Assembly: GCA_900315595.1 (NCBI GenBank)
Contig: OMZQ01000001.1
Span: forward strand, 111,775-175,774
Length of the DNA: 64,000 nucleotides
Reading direction: 5' to 3'
Origin: an uncultured Eubacteriales bacterium
Lineage (GTDB): Bacteria > Bacillota > Clostridia > Oscillospirales > Oscillospiraceae
The notes under the pieces are model-generated. The model did not search any database. It was not told the DNA's origin and worked only from the letters and a program-made list of their open reading frames with translations. The position numbers were made by a program, and so were the translations under genes. How positions within the stretch are numbered: position 1 is the stretch's first letter; every line of letters starts with the position of its first letter. Of this stretch, positions 27,179 through 36,925 are shown piece by piece.

Positions 27179-28951
27179 TCATTGGGCGAACTGGCTGTTG
27201 TATAGCTTCGCGTAGAAGCCGTCCTGCGCAAGCAGGGTCTCGTGCGTCCCGATCTCGATGACCCTGCCCCGGTTCATGACGAGGATCCGATCCGCGTCCC
27301 GGATCGTGCTCAGACGGTGGGCCACGATGAAGCTGGTCCTGCCCTGCATCATGGTCGAAAAGGCCTTCTGGATGTTGATTTCGGTTCTCGTATCAATGGA
27401 GGAGGTCGCCTCATCCAGAATCAGCATGGGCGGCAGACAGAGCATCACGCGGGCAATGCACAGAAGCTGCTTCTGCCCCTGGGAAAGGGAACCGCCGTCT
27501 TCCCCGATGACGGTGTCAAGCCCCTGCGGCAGGCGGCGGATAAAGCTCCATGCGTGCGCCTGCTTGCAGGCGGCAATGATCTCATCGTCGCTTGCGTCCG
27601 GTTTTCCGAGAATCAGATTCTCACGGATCGTGCCGGACCGGAGCCAGGTTTCCTGCAGCACCATTCCGTAGCTGGCGCGAAGACTTTCCCGCGTCAGATC
27701 GCGCACGTCGGTTCCGTCCACCGAGATTGAACCGCCGTCCGCGTCGTAAAACCGCATCAGAAGGTTGATCAGCGTCGTCTTGCCGCAGCCGGTCGGTCCC
27801 ACGATGGCGATTCGCTGACCGGACTGAACCGTGAGATCCAGGTCCTCGATCAGGGATTGGGCGGGATCGTAGGAGAACCGCACGTCCCGCAGGGAAACGC
27901 AGCCCTTGCAGTCCGTCAAAACCTTCGCATCCGGGCTGTCAGGCTGCTCGGACGTTTCTTCCAGCAGGGCAAAAATGCGGCCTGCACAGGCAAGCGCGTT
28001 CTGAAATTCCGTAATGACGCCGCTGATCTCGTTGAAGGGCTTGGTGTATTGATTGGCATAGGAGAGCAGCGCCGAAAGCGCGCCGACGGTAAAGACCGAG
28101 CCCGTTCCTGCTGTGGAAACGCAGAGCAGAGCGCCGGTCAGCACCACGACGGCATAGACGACGCTGTTGACAAAGCGGGTCACCGGGTTCGTCAGCGAAG
28201 AAAAGAACACGGCCTTGCGGGAAACCGTTTGCAGGGTTTCGTTCAGACGGTCAAAGTCCTCTACGCTCCGCGCCTCTCGTCCGAAGGCCTTGACGAGCTT
28301 CTGACTGCCGAGCATCTCGTCGAGGAAGGCGGTCTGATCGGCGCGGGCCTCACTCTGCACCAGGAAGAAGCGATGGGTGTGCGAGGCAATAAACCTTGCC
28401 GCAACAAAGCTCAAGGGGGTCAGCACGACCACGGCCAGAGCGATCAGCGGCCGGATCGAGATCATAAACGCAAGGGTGCCGAGGATCGTGACGACTCCGG
28501 TAAAGAGCTGGGTAAAGCCAAGCAGAAGCCCGTCTGCAAACTGATCGACGTCAGCGATCAACCGGCTGACGATCTCTCCGACCGGGTGATTGTCCAGATA
28601 ACGGAAGGGCAGGATCTGGAGCTTGGCAAAGGCTTGGGCGCGAACGTCATGTACCACCTGATAAGTCACCCGGTTGTTCATCGCCCCGTATGCCCACTGG
28701 CAGAGGGCGGTCACGCCGACGACGGCGGCGATCCGCAGCATCCAGTCGGCGATCCGCCGGAAGTACACCTGCCCCGGCCCAAGGATGCAGTCGATGATCC
28801 GGCCCACGCAGATCGGGACGTAGAGCGATCCTGCAACCGAGACGGCGGAAAACAGAACGGAGAGGACGATCCATATGCGATAAGGCCGAAGCAGGGCCAG
28901 TATCTTACGAAGCGTACCCTTCGGCGCTTTCTTGTTATCTTGCCGTTTCAT
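27179..28951 (-). CDS. ABC exporter, fused permease/ATPase (heterodimer partner 2)
   Basis: 590 aa from ATG 28951 (MKRQDNKK...), a 17-nt overlap with the upstream ABC gene. Six-TM domain, Walker A GPTGCGKTT, LSQGQKQLL, ILDEATS. Confidence 0.85.
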   Translation of the reverse strand: MKRQDNKKAPKGTLRKILALLRPYRIWIVLSVLFSAVSVAGSLYVPICVGRIIDCILGPGQVYFRRIADWMLRIAAVVGVTALCQWAYGAMNNRVTYQVVHDVRAQAFAKLQILPFRYLDNHPVGEIVSRLIADVDQFADGLLLGFTQLFTGVVTILGTLAFMISIRPLIALAVVVLTPLSFVAARFIASHTHRFFLVQSEARADQTAFLDEMLGSQKLVKAFGREARSVEDFDRLNETLQTVSRKAVFFSSLTNPVTRFVNSVVYAVVVLTGALLCVSTAGTGSVFTVGALSALLSYANQYTKPFNEISGVITEFQNALACAGRIFALLEETSEQPDSPDAKVLTDCKGCVSLRDVRFSYDPAQSLIEDLDLTVQSGQRIAIVGPTGCGKTTLINLLMRFYDADGGSISVDGTDVRDLTRESLRASYGMVLQETWLRSGTIRENLILGKPDASDDEIIAACKQAHAWSFIRRLPQGLDTVIGEDGGSLSQGQKQLLCIARVMLCLPPMLILDEATSSIDTRTEINIQKAFSTMMQGRTSFIVAHRLSTIRDADRILVMNRGRVIEIGTHETLLAQDGFYAKLYNSQFAQ

Positions 28952-30668
28952 CCTGTCCCTCCTTTCGGAACTGGGAATCGTAGATCTCCCGGTACACCGG
29001 ACAGGACCGCAGAAGCTCGTCATGCGTTCCGAGCCCGACTGCTTTGCCGTCGTCCAGAACAAGGATCTGATCGGCGCTCCGCACCGTGGAGGTCCGCTGG
29101 GAGACCAGGAAAACGGTCGGATCATAGTCCAGACTGCGCAGCGCCTTCCGCAGAGCTGCGTCCGTGGCAAAGTCCAGAGCAGAGGCGCTGTCGTCCAGAA
29201 TCAGGATCTCGGGGCGGCGAACCAGAGCGCGGGCGATCGTGAGCCGCTGGCGCTGTCCGCCGGAGAGGTTTCGCCCGAACTGCTCCACAACTCCATCCAG
29301 ACCGCCTTTGGCGGCAAGCACGTCCGAGGCCTGGGCAAGGCTTGCGGCGGTCAGAATCTCGTCATCCGAGGCCGCTTCGTTTCCCCAGAGCAGGTTTTCG
29401 CGGATCGTCCCGTGGAACAGGACGGCCTTCTGCGGCACGAAGCCGATCTTCTGGCGCAGGGCTGAAGGATCCCAGGCGCGAACGTCGGTCCCGTCTACGA
29501 AAACCGCCCCGCTCGTGGCTGTGTAAAACCGCGGGATCAGCGAAACCAGCGTGGATTTGCCGCTGCCCGTTCCGCCGATCAGTCCGACCGTCTGGCCCGG
29601 CTTCACGCGCAGATCGATCCCGCTCAGGGCGTCGGCGGCGGAGCCGTGATAACGGATCCCTGCATCCCGGAGCTCCACGCGCAGAGACGGGTCACCCTTC
29701 GGCAGCTCCGGTTCCACGGTCTGCGGCTCTTCAACGTCCAGAACGGCCTGAATCCGTTTCCCGCAGGCGACCGCCTTCGTGACGTTGATGATGAGATTTG
29801 CGAGCTTGATCAGCTCGACCAGAATCTGACCCATGTAATGATAGAGGGCGACGACGGCGCCTTGGGTCAGAAGGCCTGCATTGACGCGCAGAGAGCCGGT
29901 TCGAAGCAGGCCCAAAACAGCAAGATCAATGATGACAAGGGTAATCGGGTTCATCAAGGCGGAAACCCGACCGACGCGGCGCTGATTTCGGGTCAGCGCC
30001 GTATTCTTTTCCCCGAAGCTCGCCTGCTCCGCCGCTTCGCGCCGGAAGGCGCGCAGAACGCGGACGCCGTTCAGATTCTCCCGCGCCGAACCGAGGACCG
30101 CATCCAGCTTCTCCTGTACCCGGCGGTAAAGCGGGATGCTGACCAGCATGATGCCGAACACCACGAGCGAAAGGGCCGGGATCACGGCAAGGAACCAGAG
30201 CGCCGCCTTCGCGTCGATCGTGAACGCCATCAGCATCGCGCCGAAGACGACGAAGGGAGAGCGCAAAAGCAGGCGCAGGGTCAGATTCAGGCCGGTCTGG
30301 ACCTGGTTCATATCGGAGGTCATGCGGGTGATCAGCGTGGAGATGCCGATCGTATCCAGGGTCCGGTGCGAGAAGGTCTGAACGTGGGCGTACAGGGCGT
30401 GACGCAGGCGCGTCACAAAGCCAATGGCGGCTTTGGCGGAGAAATACTGCGCGGTCACGGAAAACGCCAGGCCTGCCAGTCCGAATCCGACAAGCAGCAG
30501 AGACATCCGCACGATATATCCGTGATCGGCAAATGCGATGCCGCGGTCGATCACAGCCGCAACGACCATCGGAACGAAAAGCTCCAGAGAAGCCTCCAGG
30601 AGCTTGAAAAGCGGACCAAGGACGCATTCCTTCCGGTATTCCTTCAGATAAACAAAGAGCTTTCGCAT
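28935..30668 (-). CDS. ABC exporter, fused permease/ATPase (heterodimer partner 1)
   Basis: 577 aa. Six-TM domain, GGTGSGKST, LSGGQRQRL, ILDDSAS. Confidence 0.85.
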   Translation of the reverse strand: MRKLFVYLKEYRKECVLGPLFKLLEASLELFVPMVVAAVIDRGIAFADHGYIVRMSLLLVGFGLAGLAFSVTAQYFSAKAAIGFVTRLRHALYAHVQTFSHRTLDTIGISTLITRMTSDMNQVQTGLNLTLRLLLRSPFVVFGAMLMAFTIDAKAALWFLAVIPALSLVVFGIMLVSIPLYRRVQEKLDAVLGSARENLNGVRVLRAFRREAAEQASFGEKNTALTRNQRRVGRVSALMNPITLVIIDLAVLGLLRTGSLRVNAGLLTQGAVVALYHYMGQILVELIKLANLIINVTKAVACGKRIQAVLDVEEPQTVEPELPKGDPSLRVELRDAGIRYHGSAADALSGIDLRVKPGQTVGLIGGTGSGKSTLVSLIPRFYTATSGAVFVDGTDVRAWDPSALRQKIGFVPQKAVLFHGTIRENLLWGNEAASDDEILTAASLAQASDVLAAKGGLDGVVEQFGRNLSGGQRQRLTIARALVRRPEILILDDSASALDFATDAALRKALRSLDYDPTVFLVSQRTSTVRSADQILVLDDGKAVGLGTHDELLRSCPVYREIYDSQFRKEGQDETAR

Positions 30669-30688
30669 AACCGCCTCCGGGGCTGGGT

Positions 30689-31933
30689 TCAGTTTGAATG
30701 GGATGCTTCTTCGGACGACAATTCACGCAGGAATGATTCCGCAGCGGTGACGTCCGCGTCGTTCAGAGAATCCGGTCCGGCGTACCGCGCGCGAAGATAG
30801 AGCCTGCGCAGGGAGATCTCTGCATCCGCCGCGGCGCCTCGGGCGGGGTCGTTCAGGATTTCCAGCGAGGTCTGCGAGGGCAGGATCTCCTGTCCGGCCT
30901 TCACGCGGAGCCGGAGATAGACGCGGAAGATCTCGCGGATCCTCTGGGCGTTGTCCGGCACGAACGAACGCTTCCGTGACCGTCTGGCGCGCTTCGGAAC
31001 GTCCATTTTTTCCGGCGCGAAAGCAAGCACGGGCTGCGTCCCGGCAGATTCGCGCGGACGGCGGAGAAAGCGGATCAGCAGGATCGTCACGATCACAACG
31101 ACCAGAACGATCCCGACGACCGTTCCGATCTCAGCCCACGGAAGCTGCAAGTTCGCGTTCTTCGTCTGAATGCCGGAGAGGTCCGGCAACGGTCCGGCGT
31201 TGGGCGCGTGGGCGTTTTCCACAGCGGCCTGGGTTTCTTCAGGCGCATAATTGGAAGCCTCCATCGTGGCGGGACGCGAAAACTGACTCATGATCAAAGA
31301 GATCAGGCGGAACAGCAGGACGAAGGGCATCATCAGAAGTTTGCCCAGCACACCGAGGACCGGAATGAGCAGAACGAGAAGCCCGCCGGAAAGGACCGGA
31401 AGCATCGTGCCGGCAAGGGATTGCGCCTTCCAGCGCAGAAGCTCGGGACAGCCTGCCCGCAGGGACAGGAGCGTAACGCTGAGCAGGACGAGCCCGGCGA
31501 CCGCAAAGCCGCAGACGGTAAGGGAATCGCAATGCACGAACTCATGGAAGGAGATCCCGAGCGACCGCAACGACATCATAAAAACGGCAAAGATCGAGAA
31601 GCCGGCCGGGATCGGAAAATACCGGCGCACCGCCCGGTAGGTCTGAAAGGCCTGATTTGAGCAGCAAAGGAAGAGGAAAACGACCCAGGCTGCAAGCAGA
31701 ATCCAAAACGCAGGTCGCCCGAAGGCCGGGATCAGCAGCAAAGCAGGCGGAAGCAGCCATGCAAGCCGGGCGGCGAAAGAGCCTGCCCGAACGCTCAGCG
31801 CGGAGAACAGCAGGCATGCGGCGGCAAAGGCCGCAAAGAGCCATCCGACCGTCCGTTCGGAGGCAAAGAGGGCGATCTGGGAGAAGCATACGCAAAGCAG
31901 GCCGCAGATCCCGGTGGGAACGGCTTTTTTCAT
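30689..31933 (-). CDS. Polytopic membrane protein with DUF4129-like C-terminal domain
   Basis: 414 aa, about 7 TM. The cytoplasmic C-terminus (IREIFRVYLRL...RRLYLRARY) resembles the DUF4129 tail of TgpA-like partners of MoxR/DUF58. No transglutaminase Cys-His-Asp core seen. Confidence 0.55.
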   Translation of the reverse strand: MKKAVPTGICGLLCVCFSQIALFASERTVGWLFAAFAAACLLFSALSVRAGSFAARLAWLLPPALLLIPAFGRPAFWILLAAWVVFLFLCCSNQAFQTYRAVRRYFPIPAGFSIFAVFMMSLRSLGISFHEFVHCDSLTVCGFAVAGLVLLSVTLLSLRAGCPELLRWKAQSLAGTMLPVLSGGLLVLLIPVLGVLGKLLMMPFVLLFRLISLIMSQFSRPATMEASNYAPEETQAAVENAHAPNAGPLPDLSGIQTKNANLQLPWAEIGTVVGIVLVVVIVTILLIRFLRRPRESAGTQPVLAFAPEKMDVPKRARRSRKRSFVPDNAQRIREIFRVYLRLRVKAGQEILPSQTSLEILNDPARGAAADAEISLRRLYLRARYAGPDSLNDADVTAAESFLRELSSEEASHSN

Positions 31934-32003
31934 GGAATGCCTCCTTTCTCGCAGGTCTTAGTAAATGACTTCCGCGCAGCACATAATTGGGGCCAGCCCC
32001 GAT

Positions 32004-33041
32004 TCATCCGTCCGCCGCCCGGCCGTCAAGGACCATCAAACGGTGATTGCTGTGCGCCTGGAGCCGGTCCAGGAGAGACGGTTCCGGCTCCGGCGAAATG
32101 ACGATACAGGTCCGGTCCGGTCTGCCGGAACGGATCACGCGCTCTACGACGTTGGAAAAGTCATAATAGTGCGTGAACTGGGAAAGACCGATCGCGCGGA
32201 GAATGGGAAAGAGATGTCCCCTGCCCAGACCGCGCGCCGTATTTCCCAAATCGCCGTTTGCGAACAGCTCATAGGGGATTTTTCGCGCCTCCAGGAACTC
32301 GCAGAGGCTTCGAAGCTGGCACAGACAGGACTCCATCTGCGCAGGATGCTCGGGATGCTCGTCGATGAGCAGGACGACGTCGGCGTCCGCCGTATGATCG
32401 GGCTGCTTGACCATCAGCATGCCGGTCTTTGCCGTCTGATTCCAGGAAATCTGCTTCATCGGTTCTCTGCCCGTATATTCCCGGTAGCCGGTAATCAGAC
32501 AGGGATCGTCATGCAGGAAGCGGCGCACGGAAACCGAGCCGAGCAAGCCGCCCAACGGGATGTGTTCGGCCACGTCCTCCGCCGCGTCTGCGGTGCAGAC
32601 GATCCGCCGCTCGTCAAAGGAGAAATCTGCCCTGCTTTTCAGGCCAAGCAGATCTCCGACCTCGAAATACGCCTTTCCGACGCGATAGACCCCGCGCTGA
32701 TGCAGACGAAGGCGAATCCTGCCGTTGATCCGGCTGTGCGCAGGGAGCCAGCAGACGCCCTCCACGCTGACGCCGCCGTAGTCCTGATTCACCGTCCAGC
32801 TCTGACCGCGTTCAGGCGGCAGAACTGTCACGTGATCGGAAAAGACAAAGGTGTAGCCGACGTATAGGATCGGGAACCGGGAGGGATTCAGAATGGAATA
32901 ACGCAGCGTGATTTCCTCGTCCGGCACGCAGAGCGCCAGGTCCGCCTCCGTCCGGATCTGGATCCTGCCGACAGCGCGCAGACTGAACAGCTCCAGAACG
33001 AGGGCGGAAATCAGCAGACCCGCGAGAAATACGGCGATCAC
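32004..33041 (-). CDS. DUF58 domain protein (MoxR-associated, vWA-like)
   Basis: 345 aa. N-terminal TM and the DUF58 motif YREYTGREPMKQISWNQTAKTG. 4-nt overlap with the MoxR gene. Confidence 0.75.
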   Translation of the reverse strand: MIAVFLAGLLISALVLELFSLRAVGRIQIRTEADLALCVPDEEITLRYSILNPSRFPILYVGYTFVFSDHVTVLPPERGQSWTVNQDYGGVSVEGVCWLPAHSRINGRIRLRLHQRGVYRVGKAYFEVGDLLGLKSRADFSFDERRIVCTADAAEDVAEHIPLGGLLGSVSVRRFLHDDPCLITGYREYTGREPMKQISWNQTAKTGMLMVKQPDHTADADVVLLIDEHPEHPAQMESCLCQLRSLCEFLEARKIPYELFANGDLGNTARGLGRGHLFPILRAIGLSQFTHYYDFSNVVERVIRSGRPDRTCIVISPEPEPSLLDRLQAHSNHRLMVLDGRAADG

Positions 33042-33979
33042 AGGTCTTCCAGCGGGACGGTCAGCTCATCCATCGCCCGCTGAAGGAAGGCTTCCGCATT
33101 GAGGTGGCTGTTTCCGGCAAGGAAGATCCGGTGCGGAAGAACGCAGAGCGCCTCCTGTTTGACGTCCTCCGGGATCACGTAGTCGCGGTCATGCAGCGCC
33201 GCGTGGATCTGGGCGGCCCGGTAGAGCGCAAGCGCGCCGCGGGTGGAGACGCCGAGATTCACGATCTCGCTGCTGCGGGTATAGGCGATCAGGTCCATCA
33301 AATACCCCGCCACGTCGTCGCTGACCCTGACCTGCGGATAGGCGGCTTGCAGGGCGAGAAGCTCATCCACGGTCACGACAGGCTTGAGATCAGACAGGAT
33401 CGCCTTGGAATCCGCCCGGCGCAGTACGGACAGCTCCTCGTCGCGGTCCATGTAGCCCAGCCTCAGGCGCATGAAGAATCGGTCCATCTGGGCCTCCGGC
33501 AGCGGGAAGGTCCCGTAGGATTCCACGGGATTCTGCGTTGCCATGACCATATAGGGCGCCGAGAGCGAATTGGTCACGCCGTCCACGGAGATCTGCTTTT
33601 CTTCCATGACTTCAAGCAAGGCGCTCTGGGTACGGGGTGTGGCGCGGTTGATCTCGTCGGCCAGGACGAAATTTGTAAACAGGGGTCCGCGGCGGAACTC
33701 GAACTCGCCGTGCTTTTGATTATAAAAGTTGATGCCGGTCAGGTCAGACGGCAGAAGGTCCGGGGTAAACTGGATCCGGCGAAAGTCCCCGCCGATGGAA
33801 CGGGAAAAGGCGCGCAGAAGCATGGTCTTTCCGGTACCGGGTACGTCCTCCAGCAACACGTGGCCGCCTGCGATCAGGCAGATCACGACCTGCTCCACGA
33901 TGTCGTCCTTTCCCACGATGACCTTCCGGCAGTTTTCCGTCATCCGTTTCCCGAAGGCAGAAAAGGCGGAAACGTCCAT
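33038..33979 (-). CDS. MoxR-family AAA+ ATPase
   Basis: 313 aa from ATG 33979, which follows GGAGGAG. Walker A DVPGTGKT, Walker B ADEINRA, ATQNP sensor region. Confidence 0.9.
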   Translation of the reverse strand: MDVSAFSAFGKRMTENCRKVIVGKDDIVEQVVICLIAGGHVLLEDVPGTGKTMLLRAFSRSIGGDFRRIQFTPDLLPSDLTGINFYNQKHGEFEFRRGPLFTNFVLADEINRATPRTQSALLEVMEEKQISVDGVTNSLSAPYMVMATQNPVESYGTFPLPEAQMDRFFMRLRLGYMDRDEELSVLRRADSKAILSDLKPVVTVDELLALQAAYPQVRVSDDVAGYLMDLIAYTRSSEIVNLGVSTRGALALYRAAQIHAALHDRDYVIPEDVKQEALCVLPHRIFLAGNSHLNAEAFLQRAMDELTVPLEDL

Positions 33980-34144
33980 ATGATCTCCTCCAATCCGGTT
34001 GTGATCGTTCAAATTCGTCGGTTCTATTTTACTGACGGAGCCTGCCTTTGTCAAGATTCAGCAAGGCTGCGGCTTCGATTTTCAGATTGACAGCCGCCTG
34101 TGAATCGTTTATAATGCAGTCAGATTCGACCGGGAGGGATTCTT

Positions 34145-34867
34145 ATGGAGGAAGCGTTGATTCGGACTGCCCTGCTGCTGGGAAAAGCGGGCATGGAAAA
34201 GCTGAACGCCGCCCGCGTGGCGGTCTTCGGCATCGGAGGCGTCGGCAGCTATACGGCGGAGGCTTTGGTTCGCTCCGGCCTGGGCGCCCTTGACCTGATC
34301 GACAACGACTGTATCAGCGAAAGCAATCTGAACCGCCAGATCTACGCCACAAGAAGCACCATCGGTCAGTACAAGGTGGACGCCGCCCGCTCTCGCATTC
34401 TGGATATCCGTCCGGAGATCCGGCTGACGACCTGGAAGACCTTTGTCACGAACGAAACGATCTCGGAATTCGATTTTTCCCAATACGACTACGTGGTGGA
34501 CGCAATCGACACCGTGACCGGAAAGCTGGCGATCATACTCGCCGCCCGGGCAGCAGGCGTTCCTGTCATCAGCTCCATGGGAACCGGAAACAAGCTCGAC
34601 CCGACCCGGCTGGAGCTGGCGGACATTTCCAAGACCTCGACCTGCCCGCTGGCGCGGATCATGCGGAAGGAGCTTCGAAAGCGGGGCGTCGATCATCTGA
34701 CGGTGCTCTACTCGAAAGAGGAGCCGATCGATATCTATAGCCGCTCCGATTTCCCTCTGCCCGAGCCGACGCCGGGCCGCAGGGCGATCCCCGGAAGCAA
34801 CTCCTTCGTTCCGCCGGCCGCCGGGCTGATCATAGCCTCGAAGGTGATCCGGGATCTGATCCAATAA
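34145..34867 (+). CDS. tcdA: tRNA threonylcarbamoyladenosine dehydratase (ThiF/E1-like)
   Basis: 240 aa. GIGGVGS Rossmann loop, NLNRQ, and C-terminal TSTCPLARxMRKELR typical of TcdA/CsdL. Confidence 0.85.
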   Translation: MEEALIRTALLLGKAGMEKLNAARVAVFGIGGVGSYTAEALVRSGLGALDLIDNDCISESNLNRQIYATRSTIGQYKVDAARSRILDIRPEIRLTTWKTFVTNETISEFDFSQYDYVVDAIDTVTGKLAIILAARAAGVPVISSMGTGNKLDPTRLELADISKTSTCPLARIMRKELRKRGVDHLTVLYSKEEPIDIYSRSDFPLPEPTPGRRAIPGSNSFVPPAAGLIIASKVIRDLIQ

Positions 34868-34872
34868 AGCTC

Positions 34873-34909
34873 GCAGGGCCGTACCGAAGCCGGTACGGCC
34901 CTGCGTTTT
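34873..34909. terminator. Bidirectional terminator between tcdA and the serpin operon
   Basis: GCAGGGCCGTACCG-AAGC-CGGTACGGCCCTGC (14-bp stem) followed by GTTTT. Confidence 0.7.
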
Positions 34910-34940
34910 CATCTATGTACGGGGACCCGGGAAAGCGCGC

Positions 34941-36017
34941 TTATTGGATCCGATTCACGACGCCGACAAAAAGCGGGGTCGCGGTCTCGCGATGGAAGAT
35001 CGCAAAGGCAAAGGGGCGGTCGAGGGTGACAAATCTGGTCTCCTCAAAATGCGGGATACAGCCAAGCCGAACCATCGCCGCAGTGACCGCAGCAGCCTTC
35101 GTGCCGACGCGGTCGTTTTCAATGTGGGTCTTATGCAGAATGCGCTCCACATAGGAGCCGGGTACGGGCGTCATACGGCTCAAATCGGCCTCCGCCGGGG
35201 AGAAAACCGACCGGATCCCGAGCGCCTGGAATACGGCGTTCATTTCGAGCGCAAAGTCAAAGGAGAACTCCGGCTGAATGACCTCGGTCTTGACGTTCTC
35301 CGCCGTCTGATAAAGCTCCTTCCATACCGTGAGCGAAGGAAAAACGGAAGAAAGCGGAGCCGCCTCATCCTCGGGCAGAACGGCGACGAAGTCGTATTTT
35401 TCCCCGCGGTAGGGCTTGGCAAAGCCGATCAGACCAGCGCCATGGAGCCACGCCCGCTCGGTGCTGTGAAGCATCGTGACGGATCGCTGCTGACCTTCAA
35501 CGTCTGTGAAGACGCCGTCCTCGTTCACGTCGTCGGGCTGATACGCACGGCTCCACTTGCCCACAAATGCAATGGCGTTGAGCAGACAAAGGTCCGGCGC
35601 AGGTCCGTTATCCAGCAGACGCGGGATCATCCCGAGGGTCTTTTCCCTGGTCCAGTCGTTGACCGCCCCGACGACGTCGCCTGCGGAGAAGACCTCGGCC
35701 TCGTACCCTTCCGCAATGCGGGAGCGGTAGGAATCGAGGACGAAGCAAGACCGGTCAGCTCGGGCGATCAGCGCGTTCGCGTCATGGAATTCGGCCTCGC
35801 CGCCGTCCCGCAGGCTGGCGCGCAGCTCGGAAAGAGCGGCGGCACAGTCCGTTTCGTTCAGCGCAGCCTCCAGCTCCGCCCGGCTTTTGCCGTCCGCGCC
35901 TTCCAGCAGCAGGGCGGCAAGCGAATAAACAGAGTAGGGAGAGATCAGCAGATTATCCGTTCCGGCGGTGCGGAACGTTTCCTGCAAAAGACCGTCAAAA
36001 AAAGGAAGATTCATCAT
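34941..36017 (-). CDS. Serpin-family protease inhibitor, no signal peptide
   Basis: 358 aa. N-terminus enters the serpin core directly (NLLISPYSVYSLAALLLEGADGKSRAEL). Hinge/RCL reads GTKAAAVTAAMVRLGCIPH and is followed by LDRPFAFAI. ATG directly abuts the upstream stop (TGAATG), with AAGGAGGG inside the upstream gene. Confidence 0.85.
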   Translation of the reverse strand: MMNLPFFDGLLQETFRTAGTDNLLISPYSVYSLAALLLEGADGKSRAELEAALNETDCAAALSELRASLRDGGEAEFHDANALIARADRSCFVLDSYRSRIAEGYEAEVFSAGDVVGAVNDWTREKTLGMIPRLLDNGPAPDLCLLNAIAFVGKWSRAYQPDDVNEDGVFTDVEGQQRSVTMLHSTERAWLHGAGLIGFAKPYRGEKYDFVAVLPEDEAAPLSSVFPSLTVWKELYQTAENVKTEVIQPEFSFDFALEMNAVFQALGIRSVFSPAEADLSRMTPVPGSYVERILHKTHIENDRVGTKAAAVTAAMVRLGCIPHFEETRFVTLDRPFAFAIFHRETATPLFVGVVNRIQ

Positions 36018-36659
36018 TCAGCCCTCCTTTGCGCAGCAGAGCGCCGCGATCCGGCGGTCAAGCTCCGCTTTGAATTCCCCGACGTGGAAGCCGTCTGCGA
36101 CCCGGTGGTTGGCCGTGACCGTCATGTGCAGCTCCAGCCGGTCGTTTTGGACCGGGTAGAACTTGCCCCAGGTGAGATGCGGGATCAGATCGTCCGGATC
36201 GCCCCTGTGTTCCTCCCTCAGACCGGTCACATCGAACCAGGGAAGGCAGGAGACGAAGATCAGGCTTGCGGACTCCTTTTCCATCCGGATAAAAGCCGTT
36301 TGCGCATCGTCCGCTTCCTTCGCATGGCGGCAGAAGGTCAGCGGATCGTCCTCAAAGGGGACGGTGATGATCCGAAACTGCCGCTCCCCTTTTCGCAGAG
36401 AAGTAAAGCTGGGGTCTCCGCGGTCGATCTCCACAAGCTGACCGTCGATCACACGAAGGCGAAATTCCGGGACGGCATTCATCGCACCTGTGGACAGCCA
36501 GGTCAGCAGATGATAAAAGGAAACGCGATTCTGCTTGGCCCAGGCATGGACGGCGGTCACGTCCACGGGAAAGGTCACGCTGAAAAACGGACAGGAGATG
36601 TTGAAGAACTTCTCATAGAGCTCCCGCCGCGGCCAGGATGCAAGGTCGATGGTTCGCAT
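36018..36659 (-). CDS. Chloramphenicol acetyltransferase (type A CAT) family acyltransferase
   Basis: 213 aa, collinear with CAT-I as I recall it: DLASWPRRELYEKF, VSCLPWF, and NHRVADGFHVG, where the catalytic His of the HHAVCDGFH motif is kept. Confidence 0.8.
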   Translation of the reverse strand: MRTIDLASWPRRELYEKFFNISCPFFSVTFPVDVTAVHAWAKQNRVSFYHLLTWLSTGAMNAVPEFRLRVIDGQLVEIDRGDPSFTSLRKGERQFRIITVPFEDDPLTFCRHAKEADDAQTAFIRMEKESASLIFVSCLPWFDVTGLREEHRGDPDDLIPHLTWGKFYPVQNDRLELHMTVTANHRVADGFHVGEFKAELDRRIAALCCAKEG

Positions 36660-36677
36660 GGTCGATATCCTTTCGGC

Positions 36678-36920
36678 TTATTTCTTAAAATATTTGTTGT
36701 AGGCCCAGAGGACGAGGCAGGAGCCGCCGACTGCGACGATGAACTGCGCCCAGACTCTCGTGGCCCGGAAGCCGATCAGATGCATGATCAGACCGCCGAC
36801 GAAGCCGCCGACGATGCCGAGAATGATATTCTGGAGCAGAGTGGCCTTCGTGCCCATCAGCTTTCCGGCACAGAAACCAGCCAGAGCGCCGAATGCAATG
36901 TCAATCAGAATCGAAATCAT
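36678..36920 (-). CDS. GlsB/YeaQ/YmgE-family small membrane stress protein
   Basis: 80 aa from ATG 36920 (GGGAGGTG RBS), three TM with Gly-rich helices (GIVGGFVGGL). The ORF track begins at GTG 36929. Confidence 0.8.
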   Translation of the reverse strand: MISILIDIAFGALAGFCAGKLMGTKATLLQNIILGIVGGFVGGLIMHLIGFRATRVWAQFIVAVGGSCLVLWAYNKYFKK

Positions 36921-36925
36921 GGTAT

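Noticed and set aside
36018-36659. Acquired chloramphenicol-resistance determinant
   Set aside because: The gene has native high-GC composition, no mobile context, and sits in a chromosomal operon. The CAT fold is supported, but the substrate cannot be inferred from sequence alone.
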